In this document: piece by piece, positions 39,775 to 51,290 of the stretch
Position numbering within the stretch: position 1 is the stretch's first letter
How the letters are laid out: the number at the start of each line of letters is the position of its first letter
Position numbers and translations under genes: made by a program
The notes under the pieces: generated by a model
Seen by the model: only the letters and a program-made list of their open reading frames with translations
The model's database searches: none
What the model was told of the DNA's origin: nothing
Assembly (NCBI GenBank): GCA_951406725.2
Contig: OX597819.1
Span: 82,336,001 to 82,400,000, forward strand
DNA from: Octopus vulgaris
Lineage: Eukaryota
Length of the DNA stretch: 64,000 nt
Direction: 5' to 3'

Positions 39775-40650
39775 TCATATGTTCGCCATATTTTTACTTT
39801 TTTGTTCATGTAAAGGCAAAAAAGTTGCTGAGGCTCACAAAGAGGTATGTGAAGCTTATGGTGTTGATTGCTTAACAGGACACACATATGAGAAATGGTT
39901 TTTAAAAATTTTTCACTCAAAATTGACCAAGATTCTGGTCGACCTACTGAAGTTGATGATGACTGAGTCAAAGCCCTAATTAAATCTTATTGTCATAACT
40001 GTGTGAAAGTTTACAGAGAGGTTAAATGTATCAAACACAATTGAAAATCACTGAAAATGTTTTGGACTCATTAAGAAGCTCAATATATGGGTTCCACATA
40101 AATTGAAAGTGGTTCACTTAACACAACGAATTAATATTTGCGATATGCATCTCAAGCATAATGAAATTGACCTGTTTTTGAAACGAATCATCACTGGTGA
40201 TGAAAAATGGATTGTCTACAATAACATCAATAAAAAATGATCATAGTTCAAACATAATGAACCAGGAAAAACCACATCAAAAGCTGAATTACATCAAAAA
40301 AAGGTCATGCTGTCAATTTAGTGGGATTACAAAGGTGTTGTGTATTTTGAGCTGCATCCAAGGAGTCAAACAATCAATTCAGATGTTTACTGTCAACAAC
40401 TAATAAAACTGGAGGCAGCAATCAAAGTAAAACAGCTAGAAATGGCAAATCATAAAGGAATCATGTTCCACCATGACAACACTAGACCACACACAACTTT
40501 GCTAACACATGAAAAATTATTGGAGCTGATGTCACAGCCTTGCACCATCAGATTACCAATTATTTCGAAGTTTGCAAAAGTGTTTGAATTGTAAAACTTT
40601 CAGTAATGATGATGACCTGGAATTGCATTTGCTTCAGTTTTTGGCTGTCA
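39775..40650 (+). pseudogene. mariner (DD34D) transposase pseudogene
   Basis: KGKKVAEAHKEVCEAYG, WVPHKL, FLKRIITGDEKWIVYNN, WDYKGVVYFEL, TINSDVYCQQL, HDNTRPHT, LAPSDY across frameshifts. Confidence 0.92.
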
Positions 40651-41269
40651 AGCAGAATGACTGATGACTGTTCCCCCAAGGATGCCAACCAGTCAGAATG
40701 GCAAACTTGACCACCAGAAAAACAAGACATTACCAGTAATTTAACGAATCAAAAATCAGATGCACTCATCAAAAATATTATGAATACACCAGATTCCAAA
40801 ACACACCGCTACAAGCGAAAGTTCCTACATACAAGAAGAAGAGGATCAGTGAAATTGTAAACCAAATAACCATTTTTTTTTTACTATCTTCATTTCTCTC
40901 TTGTTTTTTTCCCTCTTAACTCAATATCACTGAAACTTTGATGGTATTCATTTCTTGTCGATCACTACTAACACTAATGAGCTTTGTACATTCAAACAAA
41001 TTGATGTACAGTTTTAATATTATTGACTGTTATGAACATTTAAACTTGTCAACATAGAAATTTCTGAACATGTCTCTCTAATTCATAATTCTAAATTTGT
41101 CTGTTCGGAACATTTTAATTTGTCAACATTGAAACTTTTGAACATGTTTTCCTAATTCATAATTAAAATTTTTTGCTATTGATAAACAAAACATACTGTT
41201 GAAACTAGTTTGGTATATACGTAAATAAATTTGATTTAAACAATTACAAGTTTTTCAAATTTAGGTGGA

Positions 41270-41349
41270 TGTATGTATATATGTATGTATATATATGCAT
41301 ATATGTATATATATATGTATATATATATACATATGTATATATATATATG

Positions 41350-41380
<31 letters not shown>

Positions 41381-41460
41381 GTATATATATATATGTATGT
41401 GTATATATATATATATATATGTATGTGTATATATATATATATATGTATGTATATATATAT

Positions 41461-41505
<45 letters not shown>

Positions 41506-41710
41506 CTATATATATATGTTTGTGTATATATATATGTTTGTGTATATATATATATATATATGTTTGTGTATATATATATATATATATGTTTATATATATA
41601 TATATATATATATATGTATCTATATATATATGTTTGTGTATATATATATATATATATATGTATGTGTATATATATGTATATATGTTTATATATGTATTTA
41701 TGTGAGTGTG

Positions 41711-41741
<31 letters not shown>

Positions 41742-42118
41742 ATATATATATTTATATATGTATATATGTGTATACATGTTTGTATATATATGTATATATA
41801 TATATTTATATATATGTATATGTCCAACCCATGCTAGCATGGAAAGTGGACGTTAAACGATGATGATGGTGATAGAGTATATATATTATATATATGTATG
41901 TATATATGTATATATATATGTGTATATATATATGTATGTATATGTGTATATATATGTATATATATATATATGTGTGTGTGTATATACATGTCTATATATA
42001 TATATATATGTATATGTGTGTATATATATATGTATGTATATATATGTGTATATATATGTGTGTATATATGTATATATATATATTATATATATATATGTGT
42101 ATATATATATGTGTGTAT
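41270..42118. repeat. ~850-bp (TA)n/(TATG)n microsatellite field with an embedded SINE tail
   Basis: Low complexity; tail ccatgctagcatggaaagtggacgttaaacgatgatgat at ~41825-41868. Confidence 0.95.
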
Positions 42119-42180
42119 GTGACCTCGTTGGTGACTTTTTTTGCTCTGTCTTCCCTTCTCTGGATCTTTCCTTCTCCTAT

Positions 42181-42215
42181 GTTTCTGATGAAGAGCTCCA
42201 CTCGAAACGTTAAAC
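42181..42215 (+). ncRNA. Minimal type I hammerhead ribozyme motif (PLE-type)
   Basis: gttt-CTGATGA-a-GAG-ctcca-CTC-GAAAC-GTT-aaac; stem III is the palindrome ACGT. Confidence 0.75.
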
Positions 42216-42259
42216 CCTCCTTCTTTCCTTCTTTCCTGAGCATCCAATATATATATATA

Positions 42260-42480
42260 TTGCATCATCTTATTAATAATGTGGTTTTTACAATTGCATA
42301 AACTAAAATTCTGACAGGGATGGGATAAACTGCCTGCATCAACTTGCTATAAAAGCAGGTAGTAATTTTATGTTGTACCTCTTCTTAGTGCAAGTTCTGA
42401 AGAGTGCAGTTTTATTTTAACAGTTAGTTTTTCAAATCTATAATGGAAGTGACATATTCAGCATATTTTGCTTTATGAGT
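42260..42480 (+). mobile_element. mariner 5' end (TIR, UTR, start of ORF)
   Basis: TA|ttgcatcatcttattaataatgtggttttt...atggaagtg...cagcatattttgctttatgag (HILLYE). Confidence 0.75.
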
Positions 42481-43008
42481 ATACATATATATATATATAT
42501 ATATGTGTGTATATATATATGACGACGTCCCCCTTTCCTGCAATTTCTGTATCAACAGATGACATTCTCAGTTTGCACACTTTCTAATACCCATAGATGT
42601 GTATCATTTTCTATAATACATTGTAATCAGCGTAATACTTGAGCAGTAAGCTCATCTGCCTGCATGAATCAGTTGAACTCACTAATAACTCATGTCAGTG
42701 TTTATGGTCAAACACTGTGATTTTTTTCATCTGTCTATGCATTTCTCATAAACTACCTTCATCCAGTACTCAATAAAGACATTTCTGTTTTGACTCAGTA
42801 TTTGCCAGCAATGAAGAAGACTCTCTACAGAAGAAGAATTACAATCTCTGTCTGTTACTGAAAGAGTTATTCTACTTTTGCATTACTTACAGTAAGGCCT
42901 CTGTGTGTATGAGCGTATATGTGTATTTATACCTACATACATGCACACAAATACACACACAACCATGCACGCATATATACACATACATATTGTGTGTGTA
43001 TATGCTTG

Positions 43009-43046
<38 letters not shown>

Positions 43047-43059
43047 AATATTGTGAGCG

Positions 43060-43780
43060 TGTGTGATTGCTGAAACTCTATGAAGCAAATGACCTGATGA
43101 TCTGCAACGCTAATTTCAGGAAACCAGCCAGTCTTCTATCACTTACAAATCTGTTAAGCACACAATCCAGATGGACTATCTCACCAGAATGTGAAACAGA
43201 CAGATGGTTGCAAATGCAAAATTCTTTCCTAGTGAAGAATGTACAATGCAGCATAGGGTTTTGGTTAGTAACTTTAGACATAGAACTATAAGAATTCAGA
43301 GATACAAACCAGTCTGGAAAAGAAAGTTATGGAAGTACAAAGGTGCATTCAACAGTTAGAGATTTAGAGAAGTAATAGTTGAAGCATTTAAAGAGAAGAA
43401 AAATGAGATGGAGACATATAACAAGGAGGACAACTATCAGTTCCCAGGGAACAACCTATTGAGAGCTGTATACTAAATTTGTGACAACTGCAAAGTACTA
43501 GCTAGACCAAGGGTAATGTGATAGAACAGGGAAGTAGACAGAGCCATAAAAGTTAAGAGACAGGCTTAGAATGATTGGAAGAAATAGGATAGCAGAGAAT
43601 TACATGAGGTAGCTTAAGGAGAAACTAGGCAACAGGTTTGTTTAGCAAGGAGAGAAGTAGAAAGTGAGAGGTTTCTACTTTATAAAGATTGAAACATGTA
43701 GTGTTCTTGATTGCAAGGCAATAACATATCAGAAAATCAAGATATGTGAGATAGGTGTGTATAGATGTATAGGTATACTC
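43060..43780 (+). mobile_element. RTE-like LINE fragment (end of endonuclease and linker)
   Basis: DLMICNANFRKPASLL; homologous to the minus-strand copy at ~49400-49850. Confidence 0.7.
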
Positions 43781-44129
43781 AGGGCCTGTATTAAGCTGAT
43801 TGGGCTGATTCTCCCAATTGGGCCCTGTACCAAAAGAGGCCCTATCCTCAAAGGGCCGCATTCTATACTGCAACATTTCATAAAGATGGTCTTCCTGATG
43901 TCTTTTAAAAAAATCCACATGGTCTTTCAAAGAAAAAGAAAAAAACATACTTTCTACACTTTAGCAACACAAGATATCAAAAGATAAACCCAGCTTGGGT
44001 TAGCTGCTGGATTTGAAGAAACTTATTGTATTTTTAGTGTAAGGGTCGTATGTTTGTATGTGAATGTTTGGGAGTGTTTATGGGGATGTTTGGGTAAAAT
44101 ATTTGTGTCTGTGAGAGTATGTATGTGGG

Positions 44130-44278
44130 TAAAACAGCACTTTTCAGAACTTGCACTAAGAATAAGTACAAGATAAAATTACTACCTGCTTTTATAGCAA
44201 CTTGGTAGCTTATCCCATCCATGTCCGAATTTTAGTTCATGCAATTTTAAAAACCACATTATTTATGGGATGATGCAA
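44130..44278 (-). mobile_element. mariner 5' end, inverted relative to 42260
   Basis: cagaacttgcactaag...actacctgcttttatagcaac...aaaaaccacattatttatgggatgatgcaa|TA. Confidence 0.8.
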
Positions 44279-44329
44279 TATATATATCAATATATATATA
44301 CACACAAGCACCTACATATATATGTATGC

Positions 44330-44419
<90 letters not shown>

Positions 44420-44420
<1 letters not shown>

Positions 44421-45003
44421 ATGATGGCCGTCCACTCGTGACCGAGGAAGACCATTGCCGACCTTCAGGAACATTGTGCGCTCTAGGACTAACTTATATT
44501 TTGCATTTGCGGCTCCGTTGGTGGCTAATGAGCCCTGCTCATGACAAGCATACACGACTGCAAACATTGCAGACCAAGCTTTCCCCATTCACTATACGAG
44601 CCGTGCGCTTTCACGCAGCTCGCTTTCGCGCAGCTCGCTTTCGCGCAGCTCGCTTTCGCGCAGCTCGCTTAAGTTCTTCATGCTGGATACGTGCTCTCTC
44701 AAAAGTGTCGATCCCCTCCTTAACCTGCTTCCTCCATCTGTGGCGATGACAAGCATTGTTCTCCCAGTCAGTGTCCTGCATATCAAAGGCCTTTAATGAG
44801 GACTTGACACAGTCCTTAAATCGCAGCCTTGGTTTCTGCCGGAGTCTCCTTCCATTCAGAAGTTCTCCATAGAGCATCTGCTTAGGAATCCTTCTATCCT
44901 CCTGCGTTGGAATGGACACCTTATTAGAATGGAGGATAGAAGGATTCCTAAGCAGATGCTCTATGGAGAACTTGTGAATGGAAGGAGACTCCGGCAGAAA
45001 CCA
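44420..45003 (-). mobile_element. Young RTE LINE 3' end with inverted duplication at its 5' junction
   Basis: EDRRIPKQMLYGELLNGRR..QKPRLRFKD..WRKQV, C2H2-like CNVCSR..H, 3' tail ggtcttcctcggtcacgagtggacggccatcat. Confidence 0.88.
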
Positions 45004-45239
45004 TACATATATATACATATATATATACATGTTTGGTGTGTGTCAGTTTCTATAAATATGTTTAATTTTGGAGGAAACATTTTTATTGCAATACAGTGTA
45101 TGTATATATATATGATATATATATGTATATATTTGTATATGTTGCGTGCTTGTATGTGTGTGTTTGTATATGTTTAATTTTAGGGAAACTTTATTTCAAT
45201 AAAGTGTTTTTTATATATATGTGTGTGTTTGTGTGTATA

Positions 45240-45290
<51 letters not shown>

Positions 45291-46384
45291 TGAATGTGTT
45301 TAATTTGGGGGAAACTTTATTATTTCAATATAGTGTATATATATTTCAATAACATGTATATAGCTTCTGAAAAATTCTAATTAATAATTTTTAAAAGGCG
45401 TAATTTAAAAGGTGTAATTTAGATGTAGTTTAAATTTATAGTTTAACAACACCCAACTTGATTTGGATGAGAAATAATATTTTTCCTCATTTTTCTTTAT
45501 TCTTGTGCTATCAACTAATCTCATCTAATATACAGCAATCCTCCTCTCATTTCGGAGTTATATTTCTTCCTCGTTTTTTTTTTTGTGTGTGCACTATCAG
45601 CTAATCTTGGCTCCTAATATACTGCAATGGGCTTTTCCCCACCTTTGCTGCGTATAGTGGCTGTTTTTTTATGCCTAATAACTGCTATTTCTAGCATACT
45701 AAACAACCATGTTAAAGACCGGCTACCTTTGAGTTTATTTAAAGGAGGAAGAAAAATGTTTTACACAACAAATTCCAATATAATCGTAATCTACATGTAG
45801 AAAACTTTATTAACAAATTATCCATGTTTCAGAAAGTTACCACACATACACACACATATATATATATACATATACATATAAATACATGCATAATATGTGT
45901 ATGTATATATATATGCTTATCATCATCATCATCATTTAACATCAGTTTTCCATGCTGGCATAGGCTGGATTACGTCTGGCACCTGTCTGGTTTGGCATGG
46001 TTTTTGCTGTTGGATACCCTTCTAAATGCCACCACTTTACACCGTGGACTGAGTGTTTTTATGTGTCACCACACAGTAGCATAGTTTCAATGGCTGGATA
46101 CCTTTCCTAACACCACTACTTTACAGCGTGGACTGGATGCTTTTACATGACACCAACACAGTGCCATCCCTCATCCCCCTTCTCCCCCATCCTCTCCTCT
46201 TCCCCCTTCTCCTCCCCCTCTTCTTCCCCTCCCCTCCCTCCCCTCGTCCCCCCTCTTCTCTTCCCCCCTCTTCTCCCCCTCCCCCTCTTCTCCTCACTAC
46301 ACCACATGACTTTACACATCACATCACATATGATGTGCCATACTAATACACACACCAACTAATACATACTAATACGTACTAGTA

Positions 46385-46574
46385 CATACTAATACTTACA
46401 CCAACCCTATACATACACACGTCCAGACCCCGCATACGCACTTATACTCTCTCACACACACACACACATACCTATACATACCAATACGTACTAATACATA
46501 CTAATACATACTAATACATACACCAACCCCATACATACGCACGTCCAGACCAATCTTACGCACTAATACTCTCT

Positions 46575-46617
<43 letters not shown>

Positions 46618-46675
46618 ATACATACTAATACATACACCAACCCTATACATACACACATCCAGACCCCTCCCACGC
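46385..46675 (+). repeat. ~120-bp minisatellite, ~2.5 copies
   Basis: ctaatac(a/t)tacaccaaccc(t/c)atacatac..ac(g/a)tccagacc at ~46390, ~46511 and ~46625. Confidence 0.8.
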
Positions 46676-46850
46676 ACTTTTAGCTGGTCCCTCAACCCAT
46701 TTATCAACCCTATTATCTCCCCTTATTTCGCTCTCGCGTCTCATGTTTGATCTTTGACCTCTGGCCGAAATCAGATCGCCATGTTGATTCGTTATCTACT
46801 GCACGCATTTTTTTTCTCTCCTTCTTTCTGTGTTTTTCTCTCTCTGTGTA

Positions 46851-46888
46851 TCTTTCTGTTGAAGAGCGTAGGCTCGAAACGTTAAAGA
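46851..46888 (+). ncRNA. Minimal hammerhead-like motif, variant core CUGUUGA
   Basis: tcttt-CTGTTGA-a-GAGC-gtag-GCTC-GAAAC-GTT-aaaga; followed by ttcctgagc, as in the 42181 copy. Confidence 0.65.
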
Positions 46889-47444
46889 CTTGTTTTATTT
46901 ATATTTCCTGAGCGCCATACTAATACAATTGTTCGTTTGTTTTCCACCTGCCTTCGTCTTTTGTTTATTTTCATAAAGCTTCCCGTTATATATAGATATA
47001 GATAGATACAGACACATACATACACTCATATGCATCATACTCACACACACATATACACACAAACATATATATATATATATATATATATACAAACACATAT
47101 GCACACACACACATACACACATACAGAATCGTTATGCTCTGTTTTAAATAAACTGAAAGGCAGCCCATCCTTAATGTGGCTGTTTTGTATACTAAAAATA
47201 GCAGTTATTAAACATACAAAACAGCTTCTATTCTGATCACCTAAATGCCCCAAAGGGGAAAAAATGTTCTCTGCAGTGTATTAGGAGGCGAAATTAGTTG
47301 ATAGCATCTGAAAACAAAACAACGAAAAAAAATAATTCCATGGTTGGGGTGGAGGGAATTTCTGAGGTATGAGTTGACTGAGAACCTGGGACCACCAAAA
47401 TTGTTTCCAGTTGGGCCCCTCACCTCCTAAGGCTGGCCCTGAGT

Positions 47445-47960
47445 ACACTTGCACTTAGTGATTCTAAAAAGAAAGAGGCGTGGAAGTGATGCTGTGAAAG
47501 GTTACTAAATGTTGAGAATGCCTATGAGAAAGAATATCTTCCTAGTGTGAACCCAACTGCGGGAGCATCTATTCTAGCTGACAACAATATTGTTAAAGCA
47601 ATTAAAAATATGAAGGCAGGTAAATTTCCTGGTTCATCAGGAATTACTGCTGTGATGTTTAAAGTATTTAGCAGCATAATATACAGCGTAGTTAGATGTG
47701 TATTCAATCAGGTGGGAAAGGAAGCCCATACCCAATGATTTACATAGCAGCATTCTAGTCAATAGTTACAAGAGTAACTCTCTACAAAGATGCTTTGAGA
47801 GAGATTACAGAGGTATCAGATTACTGGATCTAATCATCAAATTTACAGAAAGTGTTATAGCTCAATTAGAGAGTTAAACTAAATGAAATGCATCTTGGTT
47901 TTGTACCTAGGAAAAATGACTACGATTGCTTTCTTCTTGGAGCAAATGCAGAAGTATGTA
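47445..47960 (+). mobile_element. RTE LINE RT-upstream fragment
   Basis: ERLLNVENA, KAIKNMKAGKFPGSSGITA, YRGIRLL. Confidence 0.8.
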
Positions 47961-47999
47961 TAAATACATACATACATACATATATACACACATATGTAT

Positions 48000-48325
48000 G
48001 TGAAAGCACATGGCTCAGTGGTTAGAGCATTGGGCTTAAGATCGTGAGGTTGTGAGTTCGAATCCTGGACTGGGCTGCATGAGCAAGACACTTTATTTCA
48101 CATTGCTCCAGTTCACTCAGGTGTAGAAATGAGTTGAGACGTCACAGGTGGCAAGCTGTATCGGCTTTTGCCTTTCCCTTGGATAACATCAGTTGCATGG
48201 AAAGGGAAGGCTGGTATGCATGGCCAACTGCTGATCTTCCATAAACAACCTTGCCTGGACTTGTGCCTGGGAGGGTAACTTTCTAGGTGCAATCCCATGG
48301 TCAGTCATGACTGAAGGGGGTCTCA
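48000..48325 (+). mobile_element. tRNA-derived SINE (family C), near full length
   Basis: A box tggctcagtgg and B box gttcgaatcc, followed by the non-tRNA body gacactttatttcacattgctccagttcactcag. Confidence 0.85.
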
Positions 48326-48369
48326 ACATATATATATATATATATACATACACATGTGTGACACCTCAA

Positions 48370-49850
48370 AGATCAAGGGACTGGGCCTGTATATTAATGG
48401 AAGTGCGCGTTGCAAGATCTGCATCACAGAGATACCAAAATTCTTAAGGACTATAAGAATCCTGTAAAGAAGTGTTTTCTAATTTGGTTTTTTGCTAGGT
48501 TAACTCTAGGTCCTTTTGCTTCTAGAACTTGCTTCCATACCTAAAACTTCTCCAGTTCTGGTAGTGATTCTGCTGTAAGAACAAGGTCATCAGTGTGGAG
48601 GAGCTCCCAAGATCAGCCTGTCTTAAATTCCTCTGTTATTGCCTGAAGGACTATGATGAACAAGAGATGGCTTAAGAACAATCCTTGGTGAACCCCTGCT
48701 TGTGCCCTGAATTCTTCTCAGTACTTATTGCCAATCCTCACCTTACTGGTAGTGTCTCTGTACATGGCTCTTGTACAGCTCTCACCAGCCATTCATCTAT
48801 CCCTAGTTTCTGCATTGACAACCAGATAAGGGATAAGTGGACCCTTTCAAAAGCTTTCTTCAAGTCGACAAAAGCTAAAGAGGTTTACCTTTGGCTAGGT
48901 ATTTCTCCTGCAGCTGCCTTACCAGAAATATAGCATCAGTGGCACAAAACCAAACAGCATCTCATCTAGACTAATTAGTTGAACTATGATTCTCTCTGTA
49001 ACTTTCATCACCTAGTCCAACAATTTGATACCTCTGTAATTATTTCTACCTAAGGCATCACTTTTGCCTTTGTAGCAGCTGACTATGGGGCTGCTACATC
49101 AGTCATTGGATATGACTCCTTCATGAATCATCTGATTTACAATACAGGTAACTAGACCATAATCTACACCACCAGATATTTTAAGCATCTCAGCAGTGAT
49201 TTATGAAGGGCTGAAGGCTTTCCCTGTCTTCATGTCCTTAATTGCTTTATCTACCAAAGTACTGTTGATTTGGGTAGCTGGTCCCTCAGTTCGGTCAATA
49301 TTTGGCAGACTCCCCTTCTTCCGTTCATTCTCTACATCCAGCAATCTTTCATAATGACATTTCCAAGCCTCTGTCTTTGCAGAATCCCTAAATGCAAATG
49401 CATCATCATCCATGTGGACACATTTCTCTTCTATGACATCACAATTTTCTCTCACACACTGTCTTGCAATCTGAACACTTCAGTTCTTTGGTCCTCAGGT
49501 CACTGAACATAGGAAAACTTCCTTTTTCTGCTTCTCCCTTGACTAGATATATCCGTCTCCTAGCTTCTCTTCTGGCTATCTGATACTGCTCCCTACTACC
49601 TCAACTCTTCCAGGGCTTCCAGGCCTGTTTCTTTGCTCTAATGGTCCTGTCTACAGTAATGTTCCGCAATCACATTACCCTAGGTCTAGTTGGGACTTTA
49701 CACCACCCACAGATTTGGTCTGTGGTACTCAGCAAGCTGTCCCACAGGAATTCCCAGTTTCCCTCCATGTCACAAGTTTGTAGCTCCTCCAGCTTCTCAA
49801 CAAATTTCTCAGTAAGGGTGTCTGTAAATCTCTGACCATATGAAGGGTCC
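48370..49850 (-). pseudogene. RTE LINE fragment (linker + RT)
   Basis: EAWKCHYERLLDVEN, KAIKDMKTGKA, FVDLKKAF, ELLHTDDL on the minus strand. Confidence 0.85.
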
Positions 49851-50049
49851 TTATATATATATATATTTATGTACATATTTATATATACACCTTATATGCA
49901 TGTTAATGTTGATGTAATATCTATTACAAAACTAACAAGATTATGAAACAGCTGTAAACAAATGTAATAAACATTTACTCTCTTACCTCACTTCCCTTAT
50001 CTGTTCTGTTTACATATATATCATATACATGTGTGTGTGTGTGTGTGTG

Positions 50050-50225
50050 TTTTTGTCCCCCACTACCATCCACGTAAATTTTTGAAGTTCAGCAAAAGAG
50101 ACCGATGGTATAAGTACCTGGCTTAAAAAAGTACTGGGGTCAGTTCATTTGACTACTACTTTCTCAAAGTGGCACCCCAGTATGACCACAGTCTAATGAC
50201 TGAAACAAGTAAAAAGATAAAAAAT
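50050..50225 (+). mobile_element. SINE family A tail
   Basis: ttcagcaaaagagaccgat...aagtactggggtc...gtctaatgactgaaacaagtaaaag. Confidence 0.65.
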
Positions 50226-50699
50226 AAAAAGAAAGATATGTATATGAACATATAAATACTTCTAAAACAGACAATGGAACAGTAAATCTATAACTGTCTC
50301 TTAACTAATAGTAGATTATTATCATGTTTACCCCTGTGGAATAATTGAACTTTCATAATTGGTTTAATTCAATCCAAAATGAAAACTAATGTTGCTCTTT
50401 GTTCTTTGACACAGACACACACACACACATACATAGATACATAGATACATACACACATACATACATACTTACATATGTGTGAATGTGTATCATCTACCTA
50501 TCACTAAATCTAACCTTAATGCTGCTATAAACTTTACTATAACTTAATGATAGAGAAATAATTTTTCGTGCTAGAAAATCCATTCTATTCATCAGTAATG
50601 TTCCATGGATAAAAAACAAATTAGTGAACTCTTTGATGTGACTATGAGAATGATAAACTCAACAGAAGTGAACTACCAAATGGATTTTTAATACTGAAG

Positions 50700-51290
50700 T
50701 CATTTCATGTGGATACCCTTATAATATCTGGTGATTTATCCTGATGATAATGGGCATATTGCGCTCCAGAATTTCAGCTATCAACGGAATATCTACAAAC
50801 TCTTTTGAGAATTCGGATTCAAAGTTACCCTGGAAGACTATGAAATCTAATTATTTTTTTAGACGTCACCCTTAACTTAGATAAATCAATTCACTGCTTT
50901 CATAAATAGTCTTCAGAAAAATTACAGTATATTGAGGATTACTTATCCACCCCCAAAAATGCCACTAATAAATTAGAAATATATCCCTTTAAACCTCCAA
51001 ATTATCTTCCAATGAAGAAATTTTCATGGGCAATTTGTACTGTTACCATAAGGCAGGAAGAACAAATGGATTCACTGAAAAAAAACCACCATACTATCAG
51101 AACATCATGAATCCCCCAGCCACATGCTAGAAAAGAAAAATGGTGTGATATAATCAATCCTACAATATACATATCATATCCTTCATCATAGAAATTTTCT
51201 TTAAATAAACAATTTACACAGCCATAAAGTTCTCAAGCACGATGACAAAAATTTCATTTACAACCACTCTCAAGTTTTCACAATATGAAA
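50700..51290 (+). mobile_element. Penelope-like RT/thumb relic
   Basis: FLDVTLNL and SSNEEIF remnants; similar to 62220-62800. Confidence 0.55.

Noticed and set aside
33152-42301. Many long YIYI/CVCV ORFs
   Set aside because: They are translations of TA/CA/TG microsatellites, open in several frames on both strands.
46143-46362. Pro/Ser-rich and Gly/Glu-rich ORFs
   Set aside because: They derive from a polypyrimidine low-complexity tract.
48005-48075. tRNA-like sequence
   Set aside because: No proper acceptor stem; it continues into a SINE body found elsewhere in the window.
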